DNA of 64,000 bases, from the NCBI GenBank assembly GCA_030141605.1, contig JAQGDQ010000493.1, positions 62,001 through 126,000 on the forward strand, written 5' to 3'. The stretch comes from Tubiluchus corallicola (taxonomy: Eukaryota > Animalia > Priapulida). A model generated the notes under the pieces. That model had not been told where the DNA came from and ran no database searches. It saw only the letters and a list, made by a program, of their open reading frames with translations. Below, one piece after another: positions 1 to 48,700 of this stretch. The position numbers and the translations under genes were made by a program. Position 1 is the first letter of the stretch. Every line of letters begins with the position of its first letter.

Positions 1-1867
1 TTTTACAAATGACAACAAAATAAGCAACAGTTCGATTAAAAAATTTTGATTTCACTTAAGACTAGCTTCAAAAAATAAAGATAACGATAAGTAAATAATA
101 CTGTAAAAGCGTGATGTAAATAGAAATTTTCAACTTCTAATCAGGATCATCAAAAGTTCATTAGTACAACAGTTTACTGGTACGTAAGGACTACATAACT
201 GCTAGGTGGTTAAAAGTCAATTGCTTATGTCGCAAAAGGTTAAAGGGGAAAACTCAGCAGGTTGCATAACTGAGGACACAAATCATTACAAGCGGGACAT
301 TTCAAAATACAATTACAGTTTGAAGGTTTGCGCAAATCATGCAATTATAATTTGCTGTACAAGTTTTGTGTGACATATACCGGAAATGGCACCCATTTTG
401 TTAGACGTACAGACTTGTGTCACAATCCCACGTGACACTATGATGACATCAAACTTAACGTCACATTAACAGTATGAATAATGCCTGGCGCTGGCTTTAT
501 AATGAAAAAATGTATGGACTTATGATAACTAAAATTCTGTTAACTACTAGATACCCATAAATAAGTGCTTTAGCTATGTGTACATCAAATTACAATTATG
601 TAAGTATGTAAAAATGCATAGGCTTTTGACAACCACAAACATATTTAAAAGCGTATATATGAAAACTGGGCTGCAATGAACATAATTTAAGGACTAATAA
701 ATATGCAAGACATTTACTAATTAACATTCAAATAGGCCTAAAGATAGGTCATAACGCTACTTTTAAAATAATGATTATTTGCATGGTTATGGCAATTCTT
801 TGATTACAAAAATATTCTGAAATAACGAAACATTATAAAATCATAGACACATCAAAATAGCTTTACACGAATTTCATAATGTAATAAAATAGCCATTATA
901 CATATACAAATGTATACTCTGAGTCTCCTTAAAAACAAACTGTTTAACAGTCGTAGTCAATTGAAATACCTATAGAGTTAAAAGAATGAGTTAAAACTTT
1001 TTGTTCGCATGCTCTGAAGCAGTAACCACGTTGAAAATTAATGAAATTTAATTCATAAAATCAAAGACACCTCATTTAGATGCAAAAAGGAATGCAAACG
1101 AAGAATATCACTTCCCTCATTAGAAAGTAGTTTGCATTTAATGGGTTTTGTTAAAATAAGTTTTTAAAGTAATTTTATTTGCTGATAAATGTTGTGGTTT
1201 ACAATAAAAATGACAAAGAGACACATATATAGTTCATTTTAGGCTGATTTTAAAAAAAAATCAATAAAATTTGATATCACTGGTGCATAAAAACCTTGTG
1301 CCATTATGACAGATGGCTTACAATATAACACAGTTGTAAAAAAACATTACTGCACCTCAGTCAAAGCTCAGCATCCAAAAACTTCAGACACATTCGACAA
1401 ATTATTATTACACACTGTTACTAAGGTAAAGTAAAAATTCTGCAATGAAATAAAATTTTAAGGATTTTTTTGTCCTTTAGAAGTTTCATATTTATAATCG
1501 GAGAATGGCAGTAAGACTGTGGTGTAAGTTAACTTGTGTTCTTTAAAATGCCAAAAGACTGTTGCCTTAGCACATTCTCTAAAATATGCAATTAAATATT
1601 CCTTAAAACTTCGATCACAGGAACACGTTCTGTGTATGGAATGTCTCACAAATATAAATATGATAAGATGTCGATCATGATGAAAGAGGTCCATATCCAC
1701 GGTCCATCAGTAAACTAATAATTGTTATCAGCTTCCATTTTTTTTATTAGGTGTTGAAATTAGGTTAGTGATACGGATTGATTATAACTAGAAATGATAA
1801 AAGTACTGTAAGTGACAAGTTAACTGAAAAAAAACCCAGAAAACTGCTATTTTTCAGCTAGCACAAC

Positions 1868-2376
1868 CAGACCTGCCAACTCTCGCACATTGGGACATAA
1901 GCGTGTGGCACATTTAAGTGGTTCACACATCAAATTTCGATTCCCACATACTTCACAACTTCACAGGCAAGTTTGCAAATCACCAGGTTTCCTCTGCCGT
2001 GAGTACCAATCATAACAAAATTACTAGTACCTACTCTCAATAATACAGTTTACCATGAATCTCACAATGTATATAATAACAATTATTATTACAATTATTG
2101 AAAATTAAGCATTTTACTGCTATTGGGCTTTTTTCGTGTGTTAAGAAGAACATATTTATATATAAAGCATTATGAGCTGCAATAAACAGCATAAAAAAGT
2201 TTAGTAGTACACAAAAATTACCTTAATTTTTTGCCTTAGTTTTGTAAAAATTTGACTTGATACGAAAAACAAAATTTTTTAGAGTGCATTTGTTTCTCTG
2301 GACTCTGCCGGGGAGAGATGAACCCCGAGATTGAACATTTCGCACTCATTTTTACAGCAAATAGTTGGCAGGTCTG
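1868..2376. mobile_element. Non-autonomous DNA transposon (MITE) downstream of the NCF4-like stop (probable 3'UTR)
   Basis: Perfect 14-bp terminal inverted repeats CAGACCTGCCAACT (1868) and AGTTGGCAGGTCTG (ends 2376); no clean TSD. Confidence 0.7.
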
Positions 2377-2524
2377 ACACCTCAGATGGCGTAGAGTATT
2401 CTCGTCATACAAGATATATTTTATACCATCATTTTTGATACACAATACTAAAAACAAAACTTTTTGAAGATTCAAAAATCAAAGACATCCACTGGAAATT
2501 AAAAAATTTAATTGCTTATAAACA

Positions 2525-35711
<33,187 letters not shown>

Positions 35712-38700
35712 CTACGTTAGAAAGTAAAAAAAAAACTCAATGTAGCCTTTAGTATAATTTCATCTCAGCTATACCAGTTGTCCTTGTTTTGTCCACCTTT
35801 GTTTGTTTAATTATATGGTGTCCCACCCACGCACATTTTTGTTAGACTGTACTATAAAGACATCAATGTCAAAAACAGTAAAACCATAAAAAGACTCGTC
35901 AGCATAAACATGAATACATTTGCATAAACTAAACTACGCTGTATATTGAGCCTTATTATGCCTTACACGCAATGAGCATGCGCAGACGATTATGAAACTA
36001 TGATCAGTGCAACATTTTTTTAACTAGACACACTTCAGTTTTTCATGGCAAGCGAAACAAATTTTGGGCTTTGCTTGACACTCACTATGCCGTTGATACC
36101 TGTCGACACTACCAAGTTCTGGCGACGGATTTATGAACTACTAACTCTATTTCTTTAAAGTGACTGCTATAGGAAGATTATATCCAAAGCGGGAGAAAAA
36201 GCAAGACAAACAAGTCAATATTTTGCCTGATTAAGCTAAATACCAGTAAGTCAGAGACCTTGGGCACGTTGAAAAACTGAATGAAATACCAGAAATTCTT
36301 CTTGCCAAGTGTTGACAATAGTGTACGATTACGCCGATGCTGTAACTGTAAAAGTGTTTGCACAACAAACTGGGGGCAAGGAGAGAGACAAGAAGAGCTG
36401 TTTATTAGCTCATTATCCGCAGCATCCTTCCCTTTTTTCTCGAGGGGTGCTGTTGCCGCATTTACAACAGCAAGACTACAACGTGAAGGACGAATGAATT
36501 TGAATGAGGAAAGAGATGGATACCAGCAAGAGGGGGTCAAAAGTCAACTGGTATAGCATTGAGACGGGATTACCCAGCAGATTACGATGAAGATGATCAA
36601 CAACAAATGATTACTGCGTAATAATACCTGTCGGTGATTAGTCTCACAAAGATTAGCAATTGATCTACAAAACGGTAAAATATTGTGAACCAAAGGTCAA
36701 AGGCCAAACGGCGATAGCAAACGAAATTAATAGGCATTTAAACGAGCATTTTGTTTCATACATTTTGGTTTGATGCCGTAACATGAAGAAATACAAATCA
36801 TGTTCATCTTGTCAAAATAGATGATTAGAGAGCGCCTTTTTTAAAGATGTTACGTGCGAAATATTTAAGTTTTGTCAAACAAAAGACGGAGAATTCCAAG
36901 CTAAATCACACCATAATGGTGTAACAATGATAAGTGCGCAATGTCACAATGATATCTAATGTGACTTTAGATATGTCTACGTAAAAGCCTCATACGATCG
37001 TACTCCAAATAATTCTTCCTGACACAGTAATTCTTAATTTTTTAGATGCAAAGTCGCAGCCTTCTAGACCTCTTTAATCTTTATTGGTTCAATACAATTT
37101 GGGTAGAATCATAGAATACGTAAACCCTTTCCTGTGGCATTACAAAAATGGTTTACTCAGCAAACTCATTTAATATAGCTCATGGTACTAGCTAAAAGTC
37201 TACAATAAGAGAAACAAACATGACAGTATTTTAATACGTTTTTAATACTCCTACAGATCTAATAAAAGCAAATGCAAGAACGGATGTGGTAAAAAACCTC
37301 TCTTTTACTGGCGCAACTATCATTGTATCTGCGGGAGAAATTAACCTGCCTTGAAAAAAATCAGGTCTGCATAATTCAATATTCAATAGTTTTTTGGACT
37401 TGTACCATGTTTTCTAAGAGAGGTTGGGCTATGTGTCATTTTTTTATTAATCGACACTTACAACCAACCAATTATGTTCAGCTTAGGAGTTTTGGGACCA
37501 TATTTCACAAAAATGCTGTTAAGCCAACAAAAGCCGGCATAAATTAAAAAAAAAACATTTAAAAGTCAAACTAAACTCTCACTATAACAATTAGAAGCCT
37601 TTACAACTTAAAATTCTACTCTGACTACGAATATTCAATTTATTTTATTATAAACTTACTGTAAAACTTGTTTCTTTGTTTTTATCACTTCATTGTTAGA
37701 GGTATTAAATTTGAAGAACGGCCATTTTTCGTTGCGCGAGACGAATGACGTAATGAGTGCAGTCACGAGGTCATCAAAGATCGGTAAACAAACATCGGTA
37801 ACTAAACACGCTTTCTATACCTCGTACGTCATTCTCGCTCACTCGCGCCAAAGACGCGAAACATGGCGATCTTTACGGCAACGCACACGTTTGATATTCG
37901 CCTGAAAAAACTTATTTAATTTTCAAGTGTCTTTTGTTTAATAATAACTATGCGTGTTTTTTATTTTCTCTTGATTTTACTTTGCCTTTTTGGAATTAAA
38001 AAGAACCAAAGATACAGATCTACAAATCTACGAATACCATATTCACTGACGTTAGCATTAACTTTAAAAACGTGCATATCGAAGGACATTCAATTTATAA
38101 TAAACTCTTAAGCATGGACAGATCACATGTAATCATTTATTAAAGAATGCTAGAATTATTATAAGCCGAATCGATTACAAAAGCCAAAATAACAACCGAC
38201 CAACCAGGCAGTAAATTCACTTAATTCAGCGAGGACAAACCATCACTAATTTGGGCGCGGGTAAAAATAATTTCTGCTCTTGGCCACGACCACTTCGTGT
38301 TGGAAGCGTGTTGTATCAAAAAAGCGTGCTTAGTTCTCATCTCGCCTTAACTGTGAATACAATTACTTACTAGACTGTTCATAATTCAATGCCATTTAAT
38401 CTATGCACCATTAATTCCGGGTGGATAAATCAACAGGGGGTTAGAACCATAATTTAAAGCCCAGGCACGCAATAATTATAATTGCCACACATTTGACTTG
38501 CCTAATCTTAACTTGCTGAATTGAAAGAATGCAAGTGTAATTGATTTGAAATGATCCGTGAATCAATTTGAGCATTTTAAAGGCCACACTTTCAATACAG
38601 CTGCTTTTACGTAACTGCTTTTAAGTTTGCTTGTAACACATCCCATATACCTGCTTCGCCCGTGTCTGTAGGCTCCCAAGCCCTAAGCAGGCTTCAGTCA

Positions 38701-39482
38701 ATGGGTGCAATTAGATCCCAAGTGTATTACTACGGGCAAATAGGTCTGTTTCATAACAACTCGCTTAAAATGCCGGAAACGCGCTTAGCCGGAAACAGGC
38801 TATTTCACTTGCCATTTCGTAACCTCAAAAAACAGATAGGAAAGTAAATGGAAAAAATAGTTCTGATAGTACTAAAAACTGCTGAGATTTTACCTTGCCA
38901 CCCCTACACTACCGCTGCTGCCCCTTTTATCTGCTTACCTGGTTTTAATAAAGCGTTATGGCTGCGCCAAAATGACAGGATCATTATCACCAAATAAATG
39001 AAAACGAAGAAAAACATTGCCAGAATAATCTTAGTAAGCAGTCTATCATAAAACCGCTAAGGCTGTTACAACAGTATACAATACATACACAGTATCGTAT
39101 TAACCAAAACTTTTTCACTATTGTTTTCTACGTGCAGTTGACAATGTATTCGCCATTGCTATTACCACCATTATGTCGGTATTACATTCAATAGGAACAG
39201 TCATATTAAGCTATTATTTTGCCAATAAATTAGCGCTAATCATTTTATGTCTGTAGGCCTAGGCCTAAATTTTAGTATATGTGGAGCATGGAAATCACTT
39301 TCCATAAATCCATCAAAATACTAAACCATTCACCACTGAATACGTCCACATGTATGCTACGAAAATAAGAGTGGGTGAGTGAAGGTTTAACGAAATCAGC
39401 TGCACAATCATCAAGTGTCATATACACCATATTAACTGAGAAATTTGCTGTTTGGTAATTTGTTTATTTCTGGACTGAGACT

Positions 39483-39814
39483 GTTACAAAACTCTATAAA
39501 AGAATTTATCAAAATGAACAAATTACGAAAATAATTCTAGAGTTACAAAATGATTCTACACAACAAACAAAAACAAACAATTAAATACTTGTTTGTTTTT
39601 ATAATACTAAACAAAAACAATGTTTCAAAACTGGAGATAAGTTCGGTGCTAGCTTGCTCATTACTATAGACTGGGATTATTACAATACGCTACAAAAGAA
39701 TTTATCAAAATGAATTAATCATGAAAATATTTTTGAGAAAGATGTTACACGACTAGCAAAAACAAACAACTATACAAAACGCCTACGAAATAAAAACTGT
39801 GGATAAGTTCGGTG
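39483..39814. repeat. Diverged tandem duplication (2 units)
   Basis: Both units contain AAAAGAATTTATCAAAATGAA and end in GATAAGTTCGGTG. Confidence 0.75.
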
Positions 39815-42787
39815 AACAAACTAAACGTGCAATTTCTGCTCCAACAAACAGTTCCTCTAACGGTAATTTACTTGGTGACCTTCTGACAGATTTTGTACAG
39901 TTGCACACGCTCAAGTATCCACTGTTGCATAGTGTGGCTTGCAGTTAAAATTTTTAAATGCGTTAATTGTTATTGTTGTTGTTGTTGTTGTTGTTACTTT
40001 ATACAAAAAAATTCCGATCAAAGGATTACTGAACAGCCTCCTCCTCCCCCACGCTTTTCTCATTAAAGCAACCTTGGCATACTTAAGCCTGCGTTGATAA
40101 ATCTTCTAAATAAAGTGAATATTTTCAAAGTTTATCTGTGTCTCTACAGCTCTTTCTCTCACCTTTCTGTTTTGCTCTACTTGCATCATGCAAACGGTAT
40201 TTTCGGTTTCAAAGTCGATTTGTGCGAGCAAGTGGGAACTGGAAACGCGTTAGTGGCAAAATTTCGTGACACACGTTATTGCTTTTATACTCGCCAAATT
40301 TATCTATTTTATTTATAACCGTCCAGTTTCTGTGTAAAAAAAGGGCCCGGCTGGGTACACCTGTGACCTTACGCTTCTACAACAAAGAACTTCTGACATG
40401 CGCGAACGTCGACGTGGTGTTTTTATACAAGCAGCGACACGAAAAGCGATCACAATTAAATTGGCAAAAAGTAAATTTCTTCTGGTATTTAATGCGCTAT
40501 AAAATATTTCACCGCTCGTTTTATTTGAGGATCATTTATATTTTGTTTTCTTAGTGTTTGAGATAAATCTCTGCAAGTGTACAATGTACTTTATCCATAA
40601 ATCTACCATTGTTCCACATAGCAGATGTACTGAAAAGTATTTACGCATAAAAGTAATTACTACTGAAAAGTTTTTATACTGTATATTATAGTATGCGAAA
40701 AATGTCATAATATTTATTTACCATTTTGTGGCCACATTTAATTTAAAATTCGACATTAAAATGCATAGTTAAAAATCATTTATAGCACGCTATAAAAATT
40801 TTTGAAATTTCGAAATGGACAATCTATTTTCTATTACGCCAATTAAGTACAATAAATGTATACAGCACACTTCTACTTTCATATTTAAACTTCGTATTTC
40901 ATGCTCTTCATTGTTTAGTAACTATGTTTTCATTGTTCAGTTTCGTATAATATGGTATAAAATAATCCAACTATGTTTCTCAAAATGATGTCTAAAGAAT
41001 AAATGTTATGTATGCTGTAGCTAGAGAAATGTACATTGAAAAGAAATAACCTTTTTAATACCTCTTTACGATATTCGTTTTTCGGACGCATTTAGCCTCG
41101 AGTAAAATTTTATCATTTTTATCGGCCACAATAGTTATTGTTGCATACAGTCTAAGCATCAATTGATTGTTAGAAAGAAATAAACAAAATTGAGTCTTAG
41201 TCGACTGTACAAATCTAAACGTATTGTACTAACTAAATGATTAAAATTACAACAAAAACAAAGAACACAGAAACAAAGCAAAAATAAATACAAATATATC
41301 TGTTGAAGATGCTTATGAATTTATTTGAACCACCTCCAATACAAAATTGATAAAAATACAGTAGTGACCAACAGAACAATAAGACACCATATAACTACAG
41401 ACAGTCTAAGAACTATGTTTGCGCAGTCATTTAAAATTAGGCTAAATGTCTTTTTGATTTTGTTAATCCTACAGCACAAAGAAAATCCCTGAGTGTTTGG
41501 AGAGGTTTTAGAAGATAATCATTTTGTTTTGTGTTGGAAATTATACACCCTTTACTGGTGTAATAATAACAACTGCACTTAAAGGGTTGATAACTGCAAA
41601 GGTAGGGCAACGTTGACAAGTTATTATTAGAAAAGTTTTGTGTTGTCGCGTGAATGTTTCTTTTCAAGAACAATTACTTTCAAACAAATAGGTTTGGCCT
41701 CTGATAAAATAAGTGTTATTCTGTGCATGTCGTTCTTCAATTGTTCATCCATAAATAATTCGTTTTTTTGGAAATACGTCACATTAAACACATAAATGTA
41801 ATAAATAAAACAATAATCTCTCTTGTCAGCCAACACTTAAGGCGTCGGATGACGTCACCATTTATTGCATGCATTTTTGTACCAAAAGAAAAATTCGTGT
41901 TGTGAAAAGATGCAAATGCATCCAAACATGGCTATGTCATCTCCTCTGATTCATCTTAGAATGTTACCCTTGGTAAAGTGCTAGATTCTGGTACTGCTAC
42001 AATTCAGCACTGTGTAAAAAGGACTACATGCACAAACAAAAGCTCTCGCTATAGTTTCCTATACCTGAGGGCAAAAAAGCTTACTAGCCATGTAGCTCTG
42101 TTATTTCAAGTAATACAGTATAAGCTCATTGCAGTTTCACAGATTAACTCGAATGTCTTAAATCTGTCGGACCAGAAGTGTAATCTAGCAGCTTTATAAA
42201 TGTGTATGGTCAGCGATTTTGTGTGATAATTTAACAAATACGCGTTTCGGCTGTGTGGAATATTTGTACACAAAAGAAAGAGGGGTTAACGACTGAAAAT
42301 CTTGTTTAAAAATTGGAACAGCCGTGTGGGATTAAATCGATTGCAAACAGTGCTCATTTCAAGCTAGTTTTAATTTAAAACTCCAATTTATTCTCGTCCA
42401 CAGTAGCTGTACAAGTGGTCGAAATGTGGACTAACGATACGGTTTTAATGCATCTGTGTAAAAATAAATTTCCATCTACCTAAAAGCATCTGTCTATCTG
42501 GACTGATAGATCGGGCCATGTTAAAATAAAGGCCAAGTCTTCTGCAAAGTTAGGCTTATTTCAGTAATCGCGAAAAATGTTAAAAGGATTTAGTAATAAA
42601 ACTGAGATAAGCGCTTCGTAATTAGTGAAATCATTTCAAAGTTGCAATCATTTCACTCTTGGCGCTCCCATTTTGAATGTACATTCTTTCACCAATAACG
42701 TTATTCGTCGACTGAAGAAAATCACCCCACAATCATTTTCCGTCAAAGTAAACTGTAATAAGTTAGTAAACTTTAGGCTCCTGTCAG

Positions 42788-43181
42788 TAGGGCTCGATTA
42801 CCCTATAGGCTAGTACAGGTTGCAGCATAGGGATCCTCAAACTGTTCCCTTCCATACTTTGCATTGCTGACTTTAAAAAGGAAGCCAGGAAGTCTGAAAA
42901 TCCAATTTCAAAGTGGTTCCTCATTTGAGATAAAGGATCTCTGTTTGCAGTCTTTCATTACAAACAAAGGACCTTTGTGTGAGGCTTTTTATTTGAGATA
43001 AAGGTCCTCTTTGAAGCCCTTTGTTTGAAATATGGAGCCCCAACTATGCAAATATTGCAAAAATATATCACAAGTAAAAAGTATTTGAGACGAGTGCGAG
43101 TGCAAATTAGAGGGTAGCTCCGTCTAAGGGGCTCCATAATTTAATTAGCCTAGGGGCCCCAGAAGGTCATAACCGGCCCTG
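42788..43181 (+). mobile_element. hAT-type MITE copy B
   Basis: Same termini; perfect 8-bp TSD CCTGTCAG (42780-42787 and 43182-43189). Confidence 0.9.
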
Positions 43182-45350
43182 CCTGTCAGTGTTGACTAAT
43201 GGAAACGGCAACGAAAACGACAGCACAGGTTAATCCTGAACACTAAAAAAAAAGCATGAAGTTATGGGCAAATGAAGCCCCGTTTACAAATACGGGTGTT
43301 TAATTGTTCAAAGCTGACGTAAACGATGAATGAAGTCAATAAACTTTATTTTAGATGGTAAAATTGATATTTCATAAACTGGAACAGCTTAAACAGCAGA
43401 TTATAGTTAAGCCACTGTGTGTTTATAATGTTTATAATGAATTTTACCACATAAAAGCAAGTTTTTATCAGTCTTAATCACATCTGAAGCGACTTTATCC
43501 CACTTATTTGAACGATAGCCAGTCTGTCTATTAAAATTATTATTGTTTGAAAAGTTTTCAACTCTACTGCTTGAATAATGTAAGTTTGGGTTTTAAATCT
43601 ATACTAAAGACAGATATAATATAATTTCACTATTGCAGTGGGAATAGTAACAGTTAGATACATGTAGGAAGTAATAAAATTTACAAAGCAATAAACACTG
43701 CCTGTAAAACAATTTTGACAAAAAATTTTTTAATCAGGGCCACGAAAGTAACAAGTTAATAATTACCTGCTTCCTTCGCAGTGCCCGTTGCTGGAAAAAT
43801 GTGAATGCAGGCCTACATCCGCCAAAAAAGTGCTAAACTCATATTATTATCATTTTAATAGGGTGCTGAAGGTATTTCTATTTAGCGATAAGTCAAGTGA
43901 ACGGCTGAACGCTGCCCTATGAAACCATAATGCTAACAGTTGCTAGTCCCCATATTCTTTCTTCATGATGTCAAACGACACGTGAACGCGTGCGCTATAC
44001 ACGATTAAACCCACCACAGCCAAATATGAATGCAGCCTTAGACGTGAGAAATGTGGAGGAAGCGCTAAGGCAATCATTGCATAAGAATGTTCTGCAAGAG
44101 TTTATAAAATTTGTAACACCTTTATTATTTATTGCGAATAAAGTCAGTTGAATTTCAAGCTATCAATACTAACACTGAAAAAGTGACCACGTAATAGAAG
44201 TGCCCCTGACATAAAGGTAACCAATTGACCACGTGGACAAGCTAGAGCAAAACAAATGTGATAAAATATCACGTTTTACATACGATATATAATTCCAGCA
44301 AAACTGTCTTGAAGGTTACGGCGCGCCTCAAGTGTCAAGGAATTCGTTATTACGGTGTTTCGAGAGTGATCAAATGCCATTATCCAATTAACTCGATTCG
44401 ATAAATCCTTAACAAAAGTTTAACAGCGAGCAGAGAGCAAGAACCGAACATGTCAGAATCGGCCACAAGGCACTTTTAAGTAATCTGAATAATGACTTGC
44501 CCATTCGAACATTATTACATCTCCATTCTTGGCTGATGGAACCTTGACCACCAACATGTACAGTGGTTAATTCCGTTTAGTGGTTTTCCGTTTGGTCCAT
44601 GTAAAATTGCGAGAAAGGACGTAAGAAATTGCTTTCACATATTAACCGAAAAGATTTCCCACAATTAGAAAAGTGCAAACAAGAGTACAACACAATATTT
44701 GAAAGCAAATGTTTAGTATGGGCTCAACAGGCTGCACGCCAAGGAAGTAAAGAGAATGGCAAATGGCTGAATTGATTGCACTTATCCACTAAGGTAAAGC
44801 CCAGATACGTAGGTGCGTTAATTGTGTACGCGATGCACAACCTTGAACTTGTCCATGGGAACTATTTGCGGAATTAATGCACTTCCTTGTAAGATGGCGA
44901 GTGTTCAACCAAACATGTTTGACAATCATACAATTATAATGGCAAGAAGTTTAGTGCTCGTAGTTATATTCATGGTCAAGACTTTCGGTTAATCCCTCGC
45001 CATCAAATGGCACATAAGAGGACATTAATGCAAAACTTCGTGCGCGTGGCTTTTCACTTTCGTGCCAGACCTTGAACGACCTTGCATGCGCCAAAGCGAA
45101 AGCACTTAGCAGGTGCTTAAGAGTTCTTAGGAGTTCGCAAAACTCTTTTACTTAATTTAGAGCTTATTTTCTTTTACATCAGTTTAACTTCCGGGCAATA
45201 CAGATCTACAGAACCGACGAAAGCGAATGCAATTTCAACCAAAACAGCAATCCTAGAGTTCGTTCAGAATAACTGGAAGCTCTCGTCAAATTCAATGTGA
45301 ATTCAAAATCATGGATAACAACACTGTTCAAAAGACCGTAATCATATGAC

Positions 45351-45735
45351 CAAGGCCGGATTATCCTATAGGCTAGTATAGGCTGCAACTTAGGGCCTTC
45401 AGCTTGGGGGTGGGGGCTCAAGCATAGGTAGCATTTGGTATAAAATCTGTTTTTTCACTACGGATGTGTTGAAATATGTGCTAATTTGGTTTGCAATAAA
45501 TAGTAAAATAGTGTTATTTCTTAAAGAATATTTTATTAACAAACAAAAGATAACTATTCTGGTTTATTTAAAGAACTTGCAATAAGTTTACTCCAAGCTA
45601 TGTAAATGTCGCTAAAATATATCACCAGGAAAAAATATTCAAGACGGGTGTGAACAAGTTATAGGGTGGCTCTCTCTGAGGGTACCCAAAAATTTCATTA
45701 GCCTAGGGGCCCCAAAAGGTAATAATCCGACCCTG
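45351..45735 (+). mobile_element. hAT-type MITE copy C
   Basis: Same termini; perfect 8-bp TSD CATATGAC (45343-45350 and 45736-45743). Confidence 0.9.
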
Positions 45736-46789
45736 CATATGACATATGAGTAATGGCATATTACAATATTAATATGTTTACGTTTGTCAATTTGAAATGT
45801 AAATATTAATCACTTGATGTACAAATTTTTTAAACTGTGTTGTCCAAAGATTCAAAATTACCAGAAATTATGAGAACATTTCCTGAAATTCTGAATTGGG
45901 TTCTCTTTTAACGCGCCTCTTTCAAATATATCCTCGTTCAGGTGAAAACTAGTTATCAAACTTTTACCTGAGTGAATTGGAGAGTCTGTCAACACGCTAA
46001 TGGATGCCTCAAATCAAATATTGATTTTTACACGAGCGGTGAAAGCTACGCCCCTTGTCTGTGGGTTCCCGCGCGCAAAACGCATTCAATATCCAAATTT
46101 GCGAGGTAACAATAGTGCTGCCACTGCACCAGAAAAGCACCAGAAAAGGCATTGTCATCCATTGAACTTTTGGCTCACCCTACACAGAAATACAGCATCA
46201 CAAGGGAAATCAAAGTTTGTAGTCTGAAAAATGAAAGAGTTAGTTAGACCTAAAGCAGGAAACCGAGTTTATTTTCAAAGACAATATTGACATTTTCTAA
46301 AAATTCATGTCAACAAGGCAAATATACTGTTCCCTTCTGAATCAACGATCGGATTGAAAACCACCCCAATCAAAGACTTCTGCTTGAGTTAAAATAACTA
46401 GCCAACAGTACATGACCAGCATGAAAATGAACTATTGTCAGTGGTTGAATGTCAAAGAAAAGCAGAAATCGTTCTTACTATAGTGTGAAATGAGTTAATA
46501 GTTGCATGTTGCATTGTACTTTTCACAAACATTCGATAATAAAGCCGTAAACATAACATGAAAGAAAAACCGGAATTATTGTAAGAATGTTTCATTTATG
46601 ACCATTTTTGATGCCGCTAATTGATTTTTTCCGACACTCAAACAGCAGCATAAAATTCTTGCACATATTTCATATTTATTAGTGCCAAAAACATACAATA
46701 TAAGAAAACACAAGACATACATACAATTTCTATTTCGAAATGTAGTAACAAAACAGACAAACAAAACATTTACTGTTCAACATGTCTTA

Positions 46790-47110
46790 AAACACTTTTT
46801 CAACATAAACAATAAATGCCTAAATTACTTCTAAATAATTACTTCATATCGAGAATAAAAATCTATAAGCATCGCTCATAAGGAAAAATATTGGTATAGT
46901 TACACTGACGTGATTATGTAATTTTCCTCTAAGATCATTGTGATATGAGCATTTCATAACAATGTGTAATTCGTCTTCGATATCATTTCTTAAGCAATAT
47001 GTGCACATGCAATTCTCAGCCGGGATTTTTCTAGGTTTAACGTACCTCCCTCTCTCAATACACAAAGTATGAGAGCTGATTCTCAGTTTTGTAAATTTTG
47101 TTATAGCATA
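46790..47110 (-). mobile_element. Non-LTR retrotransposon ORF2 C-terminal CCHC zinc-knuckle fragment
   Basis: TKLRISSHTLCIERGRY...CTYC...IEDELHIVMKCSYHNDLR is the conserved LINE tail motif. Confidence 0.85.
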
Positions 47111-47736
47111 TTTGGAATAACCAGAAATCGTAAAACCAGAACGCATATTTGGAATAACCATATAATCGTAATCAAAATCTGACGTTTTTTTAACACACAC
47201 AACGGGCTAACACCTTGTAAAGTAGAGAAAGCATACCAGAAGTGTTATTAAATATTTATAGTAAGTTAACGCGGTCGGCGGTTAACAAACAACTAAACTT
47301 TCTAAAGCCGCACTCATACTTTCAGGTAAAGCGGCACGATGTCGACATTGGGAACCTTGAACACCAAAGGTGACACAAATGTTCCGAACACAAACGCTGC
47401 TGTTCTTATAGTTCTTATACAAGGAAATGAACTCATCCAAGAATCAACACAACAAACGAGTCAATCGAGTGTAAAACACGTAATTATTAGAGACCTTTCA
47501 GTTGTATTTTACACCGCTCCAAGGTGGGAAACTTGTCATCACAGCCACTAAATCGAGTGTAAATAATTTCTGCCTTTGATTCGGTTACCACTGCACAGCA
47601 TATGGGGTTAGTAATACATCATTATTGCAAAGGGCAATCAGCAGTTTACAAAGGAAATCTGAGATTATTTTTAGAGAAACGGTGTCCGTTCTGGCGTTTT
47701 GTGTTTGTGATTATCAATTTGTTGTTACTACAATGG

Positions 47737-48700
47737 CAGGGCCTCCAAGAGAAATTTTGCAAGGCAGTACCAGACCCCTTTGGGACACCGAGGCAGGTAA
47801 AAAATTTTCTCAAAAATGAGGATCTGATATCCAGTAACTCCACAGTAACTCTCAGATATAACATAATGTAACAAACATATTCAATTAATGTAGCAAAATC
47901 AGTAGTTACAGTTACATTAACCAGTCACCTTTTAGGTTTTTTCATAGTGAAATGCTTTTTAAACGTTTAAAATAATTTCTTTCAAAAGACTTTTCTTAAA
48001 AAAACAAACAAACAAACAAGTTTAACATTTAACTACAGCACTAATTAAAATGTGCTTTTCTGGCTTTTTGTTTGCACAATTTCTAGTAACACTATCAAAA
48101 TAATGACAGATTCAATATGCAGTCATGCTAGATCAACAAGTCTGGTTTGAGATATAGCAGATCTCAAATAGTTTTTGATAAGTTTGAGTTTACTAGAAGA
48201 TCTTTCAGCTGTTGCTACTGTAGCTGGAATCGTCAACAACATTCTCAAACTAATACAAACATTTGGAAATATTTCACGCAATTCATAGTTTGTTAACAAA
48301 TCTAACAATTCTAGAGTTTCAGTTCTGATTTTCCAAAATTAGCATTATGTACTGCTTTCTTCTGCAAAATTTTCAACATTAAGATAAACAGGATATAGCT
48401 GTGCTAAAGCTTTTGCTTTTTTGCTGTTGGGCTCAATAAAGTACCGGCTGAACCTTTGTCTCATAGCCCCTGTACAGTATACAATGGTTCTCAGAACATA
48501 GTTGATAACTTGATATTGAACTCAATGTTCTCAAGATGGACACATGAAAACCTATTATTATTTTATTCGATTTGTTGCTCAATGTGTTAATAGACAAAGG
48601 GATTGAAGGTTATTGATATCTTGTTGGCGTTAAAGGCAAAGACATCACATACCAACTTAATTAGGAAAACTCTGAAGCGCTGAACTGTGAAACTTTATTA
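47737..48700 (-). mobile_element. Decayed hAT transposon with transposase dimerisation-domain remnant
   Basis: ORF 48123-48308 (FPNVCISLRMLLTIPATVATAERSSSKLKLIKNYLRSAISQTRL) matches the hAT C-terminal dimerisation motif. A CAGGGCC terminus lies at 47737; the 5' limit is approximate. Confidence 0.85.

Noticed and set aside
42238-42256. CGAAACGCGTA hammerhead 3' half on the minus strand
   Set aside because: No CUGANGA 5' half upstream.
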